From Longimicrobiales bacterium (GTDB taxonomy: Bacteria; Gemmatimonadota; Gemmatimonadetes; Longimicrobiales; Gaopeijiaceae), in contig JAWLHJ010000004.1 of assembly GCA_041690395.1 (NCBI GenBank), positions 577,478-641,477 of the forward strand: a DNA stretch of 64,000 nucleotides, given 5' to 3'. Made by a program: the position numbers and the translations under genes. How positions within the stretch are numbered: the first letter of the stretch is position 1; each line of letters starts with the position of its first letter. Of this stretch, positions 51,570 through 63,241 are shown piece by piece. The notes beneath the pieces were generated by a model that was not told where the DNA came from, ran no database searches, and saw nothing but the letters and a program-made list of their open reading frames with translations.

Positions 51570-52360
51570 GCACCGTCGACCGACGGCATCGCCGCCCCGA
51601 CGGAGCTGTCCAGCGCAGTGAGAATCCTCGGCCCCTCGGCCGTGATCCCCACGGTGTGCTCGTAGTGCGCCGACAACGCCCGGTCGGCGGTCACCACGGT
51701 CCATCCGTCATCCAGCGTGCGGATGTCCGGCGAACCGGCGGAAAGCATGGGCTCGATCGCGAGCACCATGCCTTCCCTCAGGAGCGCGCCGTGTCCGGGG
51801 CGCCCCACGTTCGGTACCTGCGGCTGCTCGTGCACGTCGCGGCCGATCCCGTGACCGACCAGGTCGCGCACGATGCCGTACTTCGTTCCTTCGACGATCC
51901 GCACCACCGCGGCACCGATGTCTCCGACGTGCTTGCCGGGAACGGCCTCGGCCAGCGCGGCCCACAGCGCTCGCTCGGTGATGTCCATGATGCCCTTCGC
52001 TTCCGCGCTCGGCTCGCCCACCGCGAACGTCCAGCCGGAGTCCGAGCACCAGCCGTCGAGCCGGACGCCGACGTCCACCGAGACGATGTCACCGTCCTGG
52101 AGGATCCGCTCTTTGGAAGGGATCCCGTGCACGATCTCCTCGTTCAGCGAGATGCAGACGCTTCCGGGGAAGCCGTACAGCCCCTTGAACTCCGGATGCG
52201 CCCCCTCGTGCGACACGATGAAGTCGTCACAGAAGCGGTCGATCTCCCACGTGCTCACCCCCGGACGGAGCCTGGACGGCAGCTCGGCATGGAGGGCGGC
52301 GATGATGGTGCCCCCCCGGCCGATGGCGTCCATCTCCTCGGACGTGCGCAGATGGATCAT
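51566..52360 (-). CDS. map: Methionine aminopeptidase type I
   Basis: CISLNEEIVHGIP, VDVG, GHGIG..HE, IEPM, SAHYEHT. Confidence 0.96.
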   Translation of the reverse strand: MIHLRTSEEMDAIGRGGTIIAALHAELPSRLRPGVSTWEIDRFCDDFIVSHEGAHPEFKGLYGFPGSVCISLNEEIVHGIPSKERILQDGDIVSVDVGVRLDGWCSDSGWTFAVGEPSAEAKGIMDITERALWAALAEAVPGKHVGDIGAAVVRIVEGTKYGIVRDLVGHGIGRDVHEQPQVPNVGRPGHGALLREGMVLAIEPMLSAGSPDIRTLDDGWTVVTADRALSAHYEHTVGITAEGPRILTALDSSVGAAMPSVDGA

Positions 52361-53034
52361 GCGCGCGCGCCGACGACGGCCTCCCTGAAGTCCTCGTAGA
52401 CCGCGTCGAACGGACGGTCCCCGTCGATCCGGATCATCTCGGCCCGGTGCTTCTCGTAGTGCTGGATGAGCGGAGCCGTCTGCTCACGGTACACCTCGAG
52501 GCGCCTCTGGACCGTCTCGGGGGCGTCGTCCTCGCGGTGCACGAGCTTCGCCCCGCACCGGTCGCACACGCCCTGCTCGGCCGGCGGATCGAAATGCACG
52601 TTGTACACGGACCCGCACTCCGGGCACGACCGCCGCCCGGAGAGTCGCTTCACCAGCACGTCGTCGTCCGCCTCGAAGAGGACGACCACGCCGACCTCTA
52701 GTCCTTCCTCACGGAGCGTCGCGTCGAGTCCGTCGGCCTGCGCGATGGTTCGCGGGAAGCCGTCGAACAGGATGTCCGTGCCCGCGGGCAGCGCGGCCAC
52801 ATGCTCCCTCACGAGCCCGAGAATCAGATCGTCCGGCACCAGCTCGCCGGCATCCATGTAGCTCTCGGCCTTCTTCCCCAGCGGCGTCCCCTCGCGGCGC
52901 GCGGCGCGGAGCAGGTCTCCGGTGGAGACGTGCACGGCCCCCGTGTCGTCCGCGAGGCGGACAGCCTGGGTTCCCTTCCCGACGCCCGGGGCGCCCAACA
53001 GAATCACGACCATCGATCTCTCGGCAACCGTCAC
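52357..53034 (-). CDS. adk: Adenylate kinase
   Basis: GAPGVGKGTQA, STGDLLR, DGFPRT, Cys4 lid; start 53034 or 53013. Confidence 0.96.
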   Translation of the reverse strand: MTVAERSMVVILLGAPGVGKGTQAVRLADDTGAVHVSTGDLLRAARREGTPLGKKAESYMDAGELVPDDLILGLVREHVAALPAGTDILFDGFPRTIAQADGLDATLREEGLEVGVVVLFEADDDVLVKRLSGRRSCPECGSVYNVHFDPPAEQGVCDRCGAKLVHREDDAPETVQRRLEVYREQTAPLIQHYEKHRAEMIRIDGDRPFDAVYEDFREAVVGARA

Positions 53035-53035
53035 G

Positions 53036-54352
53036 CTACATGTAACGCTGACGACCGCGCATCTTCACCCGACCCTTCTTCATGAAGCCGTCGTAGTGGC
53101 GAAGAAGCAGGAGCTGCTGCGCCTGCTGCACGGTGTCGAGTCCCACACCCACCACGATCAGGAGGCTGGTGCCCCCGAAGAAGAACGTCTGGATGTTGAA
53201 GATGTCGAAGATGAAGAACGGCACGAGCGCGATGAACGCCAGGTAGACCGAGCCCGGCAGCGTCACCCGCGTGAGCACACGGTCGATGTACTCGGCCGTG
53301 CGCGTGCCCGGCTTCACGCCCGGAATGAACGCTCCCTGCTTCTTCAGGTTCTCCGCAAGGTCGACCGGATTGAAGATGATCGCCGTGTAGAAGTACGTGA
53401 AGAACAGGATGAGCAGGCCGTACGTGATGTAGTACGTCATGGTCTGCGGCTGGAACATCTCGGCAAGCACGGACAGCGGTCCGAGGTCCAGGAATGCCGC
53501 GGCGGTCCCGGGCACCACGATGAACGACTGCGCGAAGATGATCGGCATGACGCCCGCGGAGTTCACGCGGAGCGGCACGAAGCTCTTCTGGCCTTCGCGG
53601 ATGCGGCCGCGTCCCACGACCTTCCGCGGAATCTGGACCGGGATCTTGCGGGCGGCCATGGTCATCGCGACCACGGCGGCGCAGACGGCGACGATCACGA
53701 CCAGCAGCGCCACCATGCCGAACACCGAGATCTCGCCGAGTGTGAACGACTCCCAGGTCCGGCCCACGGCCGCCGGGAACGTCTCGATGATGCTGAAGAA
53801 GATGAGCAGCGACATGCCGTTGCCGATGCCGCGGTCGGTGATCTGCTCACCGAGCCACATCACGAACACACCACCGACGGTGAGCGTGATGACGGTCGTG
53901 AACATGAAGAGGAAGCCGGGCGTGGTGACCGCGCCCGGAATCGACTGCAGGAAGACCGAGTAGCCGTACGCCTGCGCCATCGACAGGACGACCGTCGTGT
54001 AGCGCGTCCACTGCGTGAGCTTCTTCCGTCCGTCCTCGCCTTCCTTCTGCAGCTTCTCGACGGTCGGGAAGACCGCGGCGAGGAGCTGGAACATGATGCT
54101 CGCCGAGATATACGGCATGATCCCCAGCGCGAGGATCGTCGCCCGGCTGAGTCCCCCACCCACGAACATGTCGTAGATGCCGAAGAACGTGTTCTGCAAC
54201 TGACCGAACTGCTGCTGCAGGATGGCCACGTTCAGGCTCGGCACGGTGATGTGCGCACCGGTCCGGTAGATGAGGAGGATGAACAAGGTGAAGAGGATCT
54301 TCTCCTTGAGCTCCGGTACCCTGAACAGGTTCGCGACGGGGTTGTTCGCCAT
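53036..54352 (-). CDS. secY: Protein translocase subunit SecY
   Basis: ALGIMPYISASI, WLGEQIT..GIGNG, AGVMPIIFA, GGTSLLIVV. Confidence 0.98.
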   Translation of the reverse strand: MANNPVANLFRVPELKEKILFTLFILLIYRTGAHITVPSLNVAILQQQFGQLQNTFFGIYDMFVGGGLSRATILALGIMPYISASIMFQLLAAVFPTVEKLQKEGEDGRKKLTQWTRYTTVVLSMAQAYGYSVFLQSIPGAVTTPGFLFMFTTVITLTVGGVFVMWLGEQITDRGIGNGMSLLIFFSIIETFPAAVGRTWESFTLGEISVFGMVALLVVIVAVCAAVVAMTMAARKIPVQIPRKVVGRGRIREGQKSFVPLRVNSAGVMPIIFAQSFIVVPGTAAAFLDLGPLSVLAEMFQPQTMTYYITYGLLILFFTYFYTAIIFNPVDLAENLKKQGAFIPGVKPGTRTAEYIDRVLTRVTLPGSVYLAFIALVPFFIFDIFNIQTFFFGGTSLLIVVGVGLDTVQQAQQLLLLRHYDGFMKKGRVKMRGRQRYM

Positions 54353-54375
54353 GGGTCAGGTCGTTCCTGGCTTGC

Positions 54376-54888
54376 TCAGCTTTCGGTCGGCTCGGCGGAT
54401 TCGGTCGGCTCGGCCGCTTCCGCGGGCTCGCCCGCTTCGGCCGTCTCGGCGCCGATCACGCTCACCGTGCCGCCCGCCGCCTCGATCTTCTGGCGCGCGG
54501 AGGCGCTGAAGGCGTGGGCCGTCACGTTGAGCGCCTTCTCGACGTCGCCCATGCCGAGCACCTTCACCGGCAGCTTGGCGGAGCCGACGAGGCCGGCCTT
54601 CGACAGCGCCTCCGGCCCGACGTCACCGTCGAACCGCACGAGGTCGCCGACGTTGACCGCCTGGTACGACCGACGGTTCGGGCTCGTGAAGCCGCGCTTC
54701 GGAATCCGGCGGATGAGCGGCATCTGGCCGCCCTCGAGCCGCGGGTGCACGCTTCCGCCCGAACGGGCCTTCTGGCCCTTCTGGCCGCGCCCGGCGGTCT
54801 TGCCGGTGCCCGAACCCGGGCCGCGCCCGACGCGCTTCCGGTTGCGATGGGACCCCTCGGTCGGGGACAGGTCGTGTAGGTCGCTCAT
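54376..54888 (-). CDS. rplO: 50S ribosomal protein L15 with a repetitive acidic tail
   Basis: [33 protein letters not shown]. Confidence 0.97.
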   Translation of the reverse strand: MSDLHDLSPTEGSHRNRKRVGRGPGSGTGKTAGRGQKGQKARSGGSVHPRLEGGQMPLIRRIPKRGFTSPNRRSYQAVNVGDLVRFDGDVGPEALSKAGLVGSAKLPVKVLGMGDVEKALNVTAHAFSASARQKIEAAGGTVSVIGAETAEAGEPAEAAEPTESAEPTES

Positions 54889-55085
54889 GAATCCACTTCC
54901 TCTACGTTCACCATGTAGCCGATCTGCTCGAGCATGCCGCGGATGGCCGGTGTGTCGTCGTGGACGACGCTCTGTTGATGACGCTTGATCCCCAGGGCGA
55001 AGAGCGTGCGGCGGTGCTTCCCCTGCCGCCCGATCCCGCTGCGGACCTGCGTGATGCGAAGCTTCTTGGGCTGCTGCTTAGCCAT
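54885..55085 (-). CDS. rpmD: 50S ribosomal protein L30
   Basis: [17 protein letters not shown]; operon position. Confidence 0.95.
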   Translation of the reverse strand: MAKQQPKKLRITQVRSGIGRQGKHRRTLFALGIKRHQQSVVHDDTPAIRGMLEQIGYMVNVEEVDS

Positions 55086-55611
55086 GGCGATGTACTCCCA
55101 GGGCCTCGACCGGCACGCCGCGCTCGGCGGCGGCCTGCTCGGGCGTCACCAGCTCGGTGAGCCCGTCCATCGTGGCCCGAACGACGTTGATCGGGTTGTT
55201 CGTGCCCAGGCACTTCGTGAGCACGTCGGTGATGCCCGCGGCCTCGAGGACGGCGCGCACCGGACCACCCGCGATCACGCCGGTACCGGGCGCGGCGGGA
55301 CGCATGAGGACGTTCCCCGCACCCCAGTGCCCGACGATCTCGTGGGGGATGGTGCCGTTCTCGACCGGAACCTTCACCATGTTGCGCTTGGCGCGCTCGA
55401 AGGCCTTCCGGATGGCCTCGGCCACCTCGTTCGCCTTCGCGATCGAGACACCGACGTTCCCCTTCTGGTCTCCCACCGCCACCAGCGCGGAGAACGAGAA
55501 CCGCCTTCCGCCCTTGACCACCTTGGCCACGCGGTTGATGAAGATGACGTTCTCCACGAGATCGCTCTCGCGGCCACGCCCACCCTTCTGCTTCTTGCTG
55601 TCTCTGGCCAT
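55078..55611 (-). CDS. rpsE: 30S ribosomal protein S5
   Basis: [25 protein letters not shown]. Confidence 0.98.
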   Translation of the reverse strand: MARDSKKQKGGRGRESDLVENVIFINRVAKVVKGGRRFSFSALVAVGDQKGNVGVSIAKANEVAEAIRKAFERAKRNMVKVPVENGTIPHEIVGHWGAGNVLMRPAAPGTGVIAGGPVRAVLEAAGITDVLTKCLGTNNPINVVRATMDGLTELVTPEQAAAERGVPVEALGVHRHG

Positions 55612-55997
55612 CAGAACTTGAGCCCCCCCTCGCGGGCACCGTCGGCGAAGGCCTTTACCCTGCCGTGGTACCTGTAGCCACCGCGGTCGAACACGACCGT
55701 CTCGATTCCGTTCTCCCTCGCGCGCTCGGCCAGCATCTTACCGGCGGCGAACGCCAGCTCGGTGCGCCGGTTCTGGCCTTCCGGCTCGAACTCGCGCAGC
55801 TCGCTCACCGTGCTCGAAAGCCCGGTGAGGGTGCGGCCCGTGTCGTCGTCGACCAGCTGTCCCTCGATGTGCTTGATGGACCGAAAGACCACGAGCCTCG
55901 GCCGCTCGGCCGTGCCGACCACCTTGTTCCGTACGCGCTGGTGACGGCGCTTCCTCTGCAGGAAGCGACTCTTCTTGAGCTTGCTCTGCTTGATCAT
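55611..55997 (-). CDS. rplR: 50S ribosomal protein L18
   Basis: [22 protein letters not shown]. Confidence 0.98.
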   Translation of the reverse strand: MIKQSKLKKSRFLQRKRRHQRVRNKVVGTAERPRLVVFRSIKHIEGQLVDDDTGRTLTGLSSTVSELREFEPEGQNRRTELAFAAGKMLAERARENGIETVVFDRGGYRYHGRVKAFADGAREGGLKF

Positions 55998-56000
55998 CTC

Positions 56001-56540
56001 TTAGGATCCTGCCGTCTTACCGGCCTTGCGGCGGACGTGCTCGCCCTGGTAGCGAATGCCCTTGCCCTTGTAGGGCTCGGGGGGGCGGAAGCCGCGGATT
56101 TCCGCTGCTGCCTGCCCGACCTTCTGCTTGTCGATGCCGGACACCACGACCGTGGTCTGGTTCGGGCACGCGAGATCGACGCCTTCCGCCGGCTGGTACT
56201 CGATGGGGTGGCTGTAGCCCACGTTCAGCGTGATGGCCTTCCCCTTCGCGTCCGCGCGGTATCCGACTCCGACGATCTCGAGCGTCTTGCTGAAGCCGTC
56301 GGTGACCCCGGTGACCATGTTGGCGATCAGCGAGCGGCTGAGTCCGTGGAGGGCCCTGTGATTCTTGGAGTCCGAGGGACGCTCCACGCGGATCTGGCCG
56401 TCGTCCAGGACGACCTTCATCTCCGGGTGGACATCGATCTCGAGCGACCCCTTGGGACCTTTCACGCTCAAGCGCTGACCATCGATCTTGGCCTCCACGC
56501 CCTTGGGCATGTCGACCGGCATTTTTCCGATACGAGACAT
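56001..56540 (-). CDS. rplF: 50S ribosomal protein L6
   Basis: MSRIGK, RPPEPYKGKGIRY. Confidence 0.98.
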   Translation of the reverse strand: MSRIGKMPVDMPKGVEAKIDGQRLSVKGPKGSLEIDVHPEMKVVLDDGQIRVERPSDSKNHRALHGLSRSLIANMVTGVTDGFSKTLEIVGVGYRADAKGKAITLNVGYSHPIEYQPAEGVDLACPNQTTVVVSGIDKQKVGQAAAEIRGFRPPEPYKGKGIRYQGEHVRRKAGKTAGS

Positions 56541-56556
56541 CGTTGTTTCTCCAGGC

Positions 56557-56949
56557 CTACCAGATCAGCGCCATGAGCTCGCCGCCCACGCCCTGAGTAC
56601 GCGCGGTGCGGTCGGAGAGCATGCCGGCCGATGTGGAAAGGATGGCCATGCCGAGACCGTTGCGAACACGCGGAATGTCGTCCGCGCCCACGAACCGGCG
56701 CCGCCCCGGGCGCGACACGCGCTCGAGGTGCCGGATGACCGGCTTGCCTTCGTGGTACTTCAGGTAGACGCGCAGCACGCCGAAGCGGCCGTCCTCGAGC
56801 ACCTTGTACGAGTGCACGAAGTGGCTTTCCTGGAGCAGTCGAGCAATCTCGACCTTCGTCTTGGATACGGGCATGTCGGCCCACTTGTGGGACGCCTGTG
56901 CGGCGTTCCGGAGGCGGGTCAGCATGTCCGCGATAGGGTCAGTCATCAT
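56557..56949 (-). CDS. rpsH: 30S ribosomal protein S8
   Basis: TDPIADMLTRLRNA, SRPGRR, GVGGE. Confidence 0.98.
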   Translation of the reverse strand: MMTDPIADMLTRLRNAAQASHKWADMPVSKTKVEIARLLQESHFVHSYKVLEDGRFGVLRVYLKYHEGKPVIRHLERVSRPGRRRFVGADDIPRVRNGLGMAILSTSAGMLSDRTARTQGVGGELMALIW

Positions 56950-56964
56950 GATCTCTGGTCTCCC

Positions 56965-57150
56965 CTACCAGCTCGACTTACGGACACCGGGGATCTCGCC
57001 ACGAAGCGACATCTCACGGAAACAGATCCGGCAAATCCCGAACTTCCTGATGAACGCACGGGGTCGGCCGCACCGCTGGCAGCGGTTTCGGTGACGCACG
57101 CCGAACTTCGGCTTGCGCTTGGACTTCTCGACTAGCGCCTTTCTGGCCAT
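56965..57150 (-). CDS. rpsN: 30S ribosomal protein S14, zinc-binding type
   Basis: RCQRCGRPR...ICRICFRE, 61 aa. Confidence 0.97.
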   Translation of the reverse strand: MARKALVEKSKRKPKFGVRHRNRCQRCGRPRAFIRKFGICRICFREMSLRGEIPGVRKSSW

Positions 57151-57172
57151 TCCAGTTGCTCTCTCTGTGCTC

Positions 57173-57748
57173 TCAGGACGCGGCAGCGGTGATCTGCACC
57201 GGAATCTCGCCGCGGAAGGGGAAGCCGAGCTCTCTGAGCAGGGCGAACCCCTCGTCGTCTTTGTCCGTCGAGGTGACGAACGTGATATCCATCCCGTGCA
57301 CCTTCCGAACGTCCTCGAAGGTGATCTCCGGGAAGATGATCTGCTCTTTCACGCCGAGCGTGTAGTTCCCGCGTCCATCGAACGACCGGGTGTTGAGACC
57401 CCGGAAGTCGCGGATCCTGGGGATCGCCGTGCTGATCAGGCGGTCCAGGAAGAACCACATCCGCTCCTGGCGGAGGGTGACGGAAACGCCCACGGGCATC
57501 CCCTCGCGCAGTCCGAAGTTCGAGATGGACTGGCGCGCCCGGTTCACGATGGGCTTCTGGCCCGTGATCGTGCCGAGCTCCTCGACCACGCTGTCGAGCA
57601 GCTTCTGGTCCTTGGCCGCCTCGCCGACGCCGACATTGACGACGATCTTGAGGAGGCGCGGGACCTGGTGCACGTTCTCGAAGCCGAACTCTTCGGTCAG
57701 CTTCGGTCGTGCGTGGGTCAGATAGTGTGTCTGTAGTCTGGGCTTCAT
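57173..57748 (-). CDS. rplE: 50S ribosomal protein L5
   Basis: [34 protein letters not shown]. Confidence 0.98.
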   Translation of the reverse strand: MKPRLQTHYLTHARPKLTEEFGFENVHQVPRLLKIVVNVGVGEAAKDQKLLDSVVEELGTITGQKPIVNRARQSISNFGLREGMPVGVSVTLRQERMWFFLDRLISTAIPRIRDFRGLNTRSFDGRGNYTLGVKEQIIFPEITFEDVRKVHGMDITFVTSTDKDDEGFALLRELGFPFRGEIPVQITAAAS

Positions 57749-57757
57749 GATGTCCGC

Positions 57758-58093
57758 TTACTGAGGCCGGGGAACGGGATTGCCGGTTTTCACCGCCATC
57801 CGCTCCTTGGTTCCGTCTTCCTCGACCTGGATCCTCACCCGGCTGGCCGTCTCGCTGGCCGGATCGATGAGCATCACGTTCGAGATGTGGATCGGCGCCT
57901 CGAAGGTGATGATGCCACCGTCGGGGTCAGCCTGGCTCGGACGGGTGTGGCGCTTCCTCTGGTTCACGCCTTCCACCCGCACGCGCCCTTCGTCGCGCAG
58001 GACCTCGAGCACCGTGCCTTCGAGATCGCGGTAGTTACCGCGGATCACCTTGACCCGGTCGCCCTTCATGATCCGGTATTTCGGAGCACCCAT
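57758..58093 (-). CDS. rplX: 50S ribosomal protein L24
   Basis: KGDRVKVIRG, EAPIHISNV. Confidence 0.97.
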   Translation of the reverse strand: MGAPKYRIMKGDRVKVIRGNYRDLEGTVLEVLRDEGRVRVEGVNQRKRHTRPSQADPDGGIITFEAPIHISNVMLIDPASETASRVRIQVEEDGTKERMAVKTGNPVPRPQ

Positions 58094-58461
58094 CACAGCA
58101 CCTCGGGCGCTAGGGAAACGATTTTCATGTACCTCTTCTCCCGGAGCTCACGCGCGACGGGCCCGAAGATACGGGTACCGCGCGGCTCGCCCTGCGGGTT
58201 GATGATGACCGCGGCGTTGTCGTCGAAACGGATGTACGTCCCGTCCTTGCGCCGGGTCTCCTTGGCCGTTCGGACGATGACGGCTTTGACCACCTCGCCC
58301 TTCTTGATCCCGGCGTTCGGGATCGCGTCCTTCACGGTCGCGACGATGACGTCGCCCACGCCGGCGTAACGCCGCCGCGAGCCGCCCAACACCCTGATGC
58401 AGAGTGCGGACTTGGCGCCCGTGTTGTCGGCGATCCTGAGGATCGACTCCTGCTGGATCAT
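58093..58461 (-). CDS. rplN: 50S ribosomal protein L14
   Basis: [27 protein letters not shown]. Confidence 0.98.
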   Translation of the reverse strand: MIQQESILRIADNTGAKSALCIRVLGGSRRRYAGVGDVIVATVKDAIPNAGIKKGEVVKAVIVRTAKETRRKDGTYIRFDDNAAVIINPQGEPRGTRIFGPVARELREKRYMKIVSLAPEVL

Positions 58462-58507
58462 CTCGGTCTCTCTCTATCTATCCCGTCGGTTGCGAACTTG
58501 CTGGACT

Positions 58508-58795
58508 TCAGGCCGGGCGCTCGATGAGCTCGACCACCCGCCAGCGCTTGGTCTTCGACAGCGGGCGGGTCTCCACGATCCGCACGGTATCCCCGACCTG
58601 ATACTCGTTGTTCTCGTCGTGCGCGTGGTACTTCTTGTCGCGCTTCACGCCCTTGCCGTACAGGGGGTGCGGGAAGCGCCGCTCTACCACCACGGTGACG
58701 GTCTTGTCGGCCTTGTCACTCACGACGACTCCGGTCCGGGCCTTGCGCGACGTCCGCTCCTCGGCCACGGCCTGCTCGCTCTGATTCTCGCTCAT
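58508..58795 (-). CDS. rpsQ: 30S ribosomal protein S17
   Basis: [28 protein letters not shown]. Confidence 0.97.
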   Translation of the reverse strand: MSENQSEQAVAEERTSRKARTGVVVSDKADKTVTVVVERRFPHPLYGKGVKRDKKYHAHDENNEYQVGDTVRIVETRPLSKTKRWRVVELIERPA

Positions 58796-58802
58796 ATCTT
58801 CT

Positions 58803-59006
58803 TCAGTCAACCTTCTGGGCGAGCTCGCGCTCGCGAAGCACTGTCTTCAGGCGCGCGATGTCGCGCCGGATCTGTCCGACCAGCCCGGAGTTCTCGAGTT
58901 CCATCATGGATCCCCGGAAGCGCAGCTTGAACTGCTCTTCCTTGAGCTCCTTCATGCGGGCCTGGATCTCGGTGTCGTCCAGGTCTCGAATGTCCTCAGC
59001 CTTCAT
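58803..59006 (-). CDS. rpmC: 50S ribosomal protein L29
   Basis: [20 protein letters not shown]. Confidence 0.96.
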   Translation of the reverse strand: MKAEDIRDLDDTEIQARMKELKEEQFKLRFRGSMMELENSGLVGQIRRDIARLKTVLRERELAQKVD

Positions 59007-59025
59007 GATTCCGACTCCGACGCGG

Positions 59026-59442
59026 TTAGAGCTGATCGTCGCGAATGACGAACTTGCACTTGATCGGGAGCTTGGCGGCGGCGAGCTGCATGGCTCGCTT
59101 GGCCACCTCCTCCGTGACGCCCTCGAGCTCGAACATGATTCGGCCCGGCTTCACGACGGCCACCCACGACTCCGGATTACCCTTACCCTTACCCATCCGC
59201 GTCTCCGCGGGCTTCGAGGTGATCGGCTTGTCGGGGAAGATCCGGATCCAGACTTTACCGCCACGCTTGATGTGGCGGGTCATGGCGACACGGGCCGACT
59301 CGATCTGACGGTTCGAGATCCAGGTCGGCTCGAGGGCCTGCAGCCCGTACTCGCCGAACGAGACCTTGTTACCGCGCTGCGCGGCCCCGCGCATGCGACC
59401 CTTATGGGTCTTCCTGTGCTTTACCCTTTTCGGCGCTAGCAT
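59026..59442 (-). CDS. rplP: 50S ribosomal protein L16
   Basis: [24 protein letters not shown]. Confidence 0.98.
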   Translation of the reverse strand: MLAPKRVKHRKTHKGRMRGAAQRGNKVSFGEYGLQALEPTWISNRQIESARVAMTRHIKRGGKVWIRIFPDKPITSKPAETRMGKGKGNPESWVAVVKPGRIMFELEGVTEEVAKRAMQLAAAKLPIKCKFVIRDDQL

Positions 59443-59465
59443 CTTCTATTCCCTCGCTCGCTGTG

Positions 59466-60125
59466 TCAGGAGCCGGTCGAGTAGGTGCGGCCGCGCCGCT
59501 CTTCGATCACTTCGCCCTTGAAGATCCAGCATTTCACGCCGACGGTGCCGTACGTCGTGAACGCCGTGACCTGGGCGTAGTCGATGTCAGCCCGCAGCGT
59601 GTGCAGCGGCACCCGACCCTCGTTGTACCCTTCCGTGCGTGCGATCTCGGCCCCACCGAGACGGCCCGCGCACTGGATCTTGATTCCCTCGGCACCGGAG
59701 CGGATCGCCGCCTGGACGGCCCGCTTCATGGCGCGGCGGAACGAGATCCGCTGGCGCAGCTGATGCGCCACGTTCTCGGCGACCAGGTACGCGCTGACCT
59801 CGGGCCGCTTGATCTCCTCGACGTTCACGGAGATCTCGGAGTTGGTCAGCATCGCGAGCTCGTCGCGGAGCTTGTCCACCTCCGAGCCACGCTTGCCGAT
59901 CACCACGCCCGGCCGAGCCGTGTGCAGCGTCACCACGATCTTGCTCGGCTTCCGCTCGATGTCGATCTGGGCCACGGCCGCGTGCGACAGGCGGCGGCGC
60001 AGGTACGTGCGGATGGTCTCGTCTTCGCGGAGCAGACGCGGGAAATCCTTCTCCGCGTACCAGCGCGAGGACCAGTCCTTGACGACTCCGAGCCTGAACC
60101 CGGTCGGGTGTGTCTTCTGTCCCAT
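59466..60125 (-). CDS. rpsC: 30S ribosomal protein S3
   Basis: [27 protein letters not shown]. Confidence 0.98.
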   Translation of the reverse strand: MGQKTHPTGFRLGVVKDWSSRWYAEKDFPRLLREDETIRTYLRRRLSHAAVAQIDIERKPSKIVVTLHTARPGVVIGKRGSEVDKLRDELAMLTNSEISVNVEEIKRPEVSAYLVAENVAHQLRQRISFRRAMKRAVQAAIRSGAEGIKIQCAGRLGGAEIARTEGYNEGRVPLHTLRADIDYAQVTAFTTYGTVGVKCWIFKGEVIEERRGRTYSTGS

Positions 60126-60129
60126 GTAA

Positions 60130-60483
60130 TCAGGCGTCCTTGGTGTCCACGACCACGGTGATGTGGCTCGTTCTCTTACGAAGCGGCGCGGCGCGGCCCT
60201 GTGCCGCGGCACGCCAGCGCTTGAGGGTCGGCCCCTCGTCGACGAACGCTTCGCGCACGAAGAGATCGTCGACGTCGAGGAAGTCTCCCTCGTCCTGTGA
60301 TTTGACCTGGGCGTTCGCCACCGCCGAACGGAGCGTCTTTCCGATCGTCTCCGCCGCTCCCTTCTTCGAGAACTGCAGGATGGCGTACGCCTCGTTCACT
60401 GATTTTCCGCGGATCTGGTCGATCACGAGCCGCGCCTTGCGGGGGCTCATGCCGACGTACCGGGCGATTGCTCTGGCTTGCAT
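60130..60483 (-). CDS. rplV: 50S ribosomal protein L22
   Basis: [23 protein letters not shown]. Confidence 0.97.
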   Translation of the reverse strand: MQARAIARYVGMSPRKARLVIDQIRGKSVNEAYAILQFSKKGAAETIGKTLRSAVANAQVKSQDEGDFLDVDDLFVREAFVDEGPTLKRWRAAAQGRAAPLRKRTSHITVVVDTKDA

Positions 60484-60497
60484 TCCCTGGTTCACCC

Positions 60498-60785
60498 CTA
60501 CCGGGCCTTGGCCCGCTTGTCGGCCAGCTTGCCCCCGTGACCACGGAACAGGCGGGTCGGCGCGAACTCGCCGAGCTTGTGACCCACCATGTTCTCCGTG
60601 ATGTACACGGGGATGAACTTGTTTCCGTTGTGCACCGCGACGGTGTGTCCCACGAACTCGGGGAAGATCGTCGACGCGCGAGACCACGTCTTCACGACCT
60701 TCTTCTCGCCCCGCGAGTTCATGGCCTCGATCTTGAGAAGGAGGCTGTCGCTTACGAACGGACCTTTCTTTACGCTACGCGGCAT
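60498..60785 (-). CDS. rpsS: 30S ribosomal protein S19
   Basis: [26 protein letters not shown]. Confidence 0.98.
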   Translation of the reverse strand: MPRSVKKGPFVSDSLLLKIEAMNSRGEKKVVKTWSRASTIFPEFVGHTVAVHNGNKFIPVYITENMVGHKLGEFAPTRLFRGHGGKLADKRAKAR

Positions 60786-60800
60786 TGATGGCTCTCCGGC

Positions 60801-61643
60801 CTACGACTTCGTGGCTTTGCCGCGCTTGCGGCCCCGCACGATGTACTTGGTCGATTCCTTCTTCTTCTTGCGGGTCTTCTTCCCCTCGGGCTTGCCCCAG
60901 GGAGAGACCGGCGGACGGCCTCCGGACGTGCGCCCCTCACCACCACCCAGCGGGTGGTCGACGGGGTTCATGGCGACACCGCGGACCTTCGGACGCTTCC
61001 CGCGCCAGCGGTTCGCGCCGGCCTTTCCGATCTGCGTGAGCTCGTGGTCCGTGTTGCCGACCTGTCCGATGGTCGCCAGACAGGTCTTGTGGACCCTGCG
61101 CACCTCGGTCGAGGGGAGGCGGAGGCTGACGTAGTCGCCTTCCTTCGCCACGACCTGGACCCCGGCACCGGCCGAGCGCGCCATCTGACCGCCCTTACCC
61201 GGCTTCAGCTCCACGTTGTGTACCGTGGTACCGAGCTGGATCATCCCGAGCGGCAGAGTCGACCCGACCTTCTGGTCCGCCGTCTCGCCCGACAGGATCT
61301 CGTCACCCACCGACAGACCACGCGGGTGAAGAATGTAGCGCTTCTCACCGTCGGCGTAGTGAATCAGCGCGATGTTCGCGGTCCGGTTCGGATCGTACTC
61401 GATGTGCGCGACCACGCCGGGCACCCCGTGCTTGTCACGCTTGAAGTCGATCTTGCGGTAGCGGCGCTTGTGCCCGCCCCCGCGACGACGCGTCGTGATG
61501 TGCCCGTGATGGTTCCGGCCGCCCTTGCCGTGCAGCGACTCGGTCAACGACCGTTCCGGCCCGCGCCGCGTCACCTCTTCGTTCTCGAGGGTGGAGCGGA
61601 AGCGTGTGCCGGGGGTCATCGGCTTGAATTTCTTGATAGCCAT
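60801..61643 (-). CDS. rplB: 50S ribosomal protein L2
   Basis: [26 protein letters not shown]. Confidence 0.98.
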   Translation of the reverse strand: MAIKKFKPMTPGTRFRSTLENEEVTRRGPERSLTESLHGKGGRNHHGHITTRRRGGGHKRRYRKIDFKRDKHGVPGVVAHIEYDPNRTANIALIHYADGEKRYILHPRGLSVGDEILSGETADQKVGSTLPLGMIQLGTTVHNVELKPGKGGQMARSAGAGVQVVAKEGDYVSLRLPSTEVRRVHKTCLATIGQVGNTDHELTQIGKAGANRWRGKRPKVRGVAMNPVDHPLGGGEGRTSGGRPPVSPWGKPEGKKTRKKKKESTKYIVRGRKRGKATKS

Positions 61644-61645
61644 GA

Positions 61646-61957
61646 TCAGCCCTGGTCGTAAAGCTCGATGTGTTCGCCCTCGCCGATCTGCACGACGGCC
61701 TTCTTGAAGGCGGCCCGGCGCCCCTTGTTGGGGTTGCGCGCCATCCGTCCGAGGAAGGCCCGACGGGCCTTGCCCGGATACTGCATGGTGCGCACGTCCC
61801 GGACGGTCACGTCCCAGAGACGCTCGACCGCGCGCCCGATCTCGATCTTGTTGGCGTCACGAGCGACGATGAAGGTGTAGGTACCCCTCGCGTCCATCTC
61901 GTCCGCCGTCTTCTCGGTCACGACCGGCGCGATGATGATCTCGTACGGCTCACGCAT
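61646..61957 (-). CDS. rplW: 50S ribosomal protein L23
   Basis: PVVTEK, ANKIEI, KKAVV. Confidence 0.96.
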   Translation of the reverse strand: MREPYEIIIAPVVTEKTADEMDARGTYTFIVARDANKIEIGRAVERLWDVTVRDVRTMQYPGKARRAFLGRMARNPNKGRRAAFKKAVVQIGEGEHIELYDQG

Positions 61958-62603
61958 CGGACGTCTCCTCGTTGTCGTCGTCCGCGCTCTCGGCGCCGAC
62001 CGCGTCGATGGCGCTCCGCTCGATGACGACCGTTCCGGCCCAGAGCACGTCGTAGACGGACTCCTCGCCGAACGGCAGAACCGTCACGTTCGGGAGATTG
62101 CGGGCCGAAAGGTACACGTTTGGGTTCTGGCCGTCGGTCAGCAGCAGGATCTTGCCCTCGATCTCGGCCGCCTTGAACAGCTCCCGGAGGGAGGCCGTCT
62201 TCGGCGCGTCGAGCTTGGGCAGGTCCGCCAGCATCACCCGCTCGTTCTCGGCCCGGTCGTTCAGGGCGGAGCGACGTGCCAGCTGACGCGCCTTCTTGGG
62301 CAGCTTCTGGCGCCAGCCGTGCGGAATGGGCGGGAACGCCCGACCACCGCCGACCCACTGGACGGCGCGGATGGTGCCCTGCCGAGCACGGCCGGTCCCC
62401 TTCTGCCTCCACGGCTTCCGGCTTCCGCCCCTGACCGCCGCGCGGTTCTTCGCCGCGGCGTTGCCCTGGCGCTGGTTCGAGAGATACGCCTTCACCGCGA
62501 GGTGCATGGCGCTCTCGTTCACGACGCCGTCGAAGAGGGTCTCGGGCAACGCACGAGCCCGCCCCTTCTTGCCGTCGGCCTTGAAATACTTCGCCTTATA
62601 CAT
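61950..62603 (-). CDS. rplD: 50S ribosomal protein L4
   Basis: KPWRQKGTGRARQG, SARNLP. Confidence 0.98.
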   Translation of the reverse strand: MYKAKYFKADGKKGRARALPETLFDGVVNESAMHLAVKAYLSNQRQGNAAAKNRAAVRGGSRKPWRQKGTGRARQGTIRAVQWVGGGRAFPPIPHGWRQKLPKKARQLARRSALNDRAENERVMLADLPKLDAPKTASLRELFKAAEIEGKILLLTDGQNPNVYLSARNLPNVTVLPFGEESVYDVLWAGTVVIERSAIDAVGAESADDDNEETSDA

Positions 62604-62606
62604 GGC

Positions 62607-63224
62607 TCACTTCGAGATCAGAACGTAGCCGTCGCGGGCGCCGGGAACGCCGCCCTTCACGAATAGCAGGTTGCGCTCACCATCCACGCGAACCACCTGC
62701 ATGTTACGAATCGTCGTGCGGGTCCCGCCCATGCGTCCGGGGAGCTTCTTCCCCTTGATGACGCGGGACGGGTCCGTACCCGGGCCGATGGAGCCCGGGG
62801 TGCGCGACATGGGGTGTCCGTGACCGCCCGGGCGTCCTGCGAACCCGTGCCGCTTCACCACACCCTGGAATCCACGACCCTTCGACTTGCCGGTGACCTT
62901 GACCAGGTCCCCTGCAGCGAACAGGTCGACGGTGAGCTGCTGGCCCACCTCGTACTGTTCCTCCTCGCCCACGCGGAACTCCCGCATGAGGCGCGGTGCG
63001 ACCTCGAGGCCGGCTTTCGCCACGTGCCCATTCTCGGCACGCGTCGCGCGCGTCTCCTTCTGGGCGCCGAAGCCGAGCTGGACGGCGCTGTAGCCATCGC
63101 GGTCCTCGGACCTCACCTCGATCACTGGGCACGGACCGGCCTCGATGACGGTGACGGGCACCTGCACGCCTTCCTCGTCGAAGATCCTGGTCATGCCGAT
63201 CTTTTTTCCGATCAATCCGGGCAT
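62607..63224 (-). CDS. rplC: 50S ribosomal protein L3
   Basis: [24 protein letters not shown]. Confidence 0.98.
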   Translation of the reverse strand: MPGLIGKKIGMTRIFDEEGVQVPVTVIEAGPCPVIEVRSEDRDGYSAVQLGFGAQKETRATRAENGHVAKAGLEVAPRLMREFRVGEEEQYEVGQQLTVDLFAAGDLVKVTGKSKGRGFQGVVKRHGFAGRPGGHGHPMSRTPGSIGPGTDPSRVIKGKKLPGRMGGTRTTIRNMQVVRVDGERNLLFVKGGVPGARDGYVLISK

Positions 63225-63241
63225 TTTCCGGAGTTCCTCCC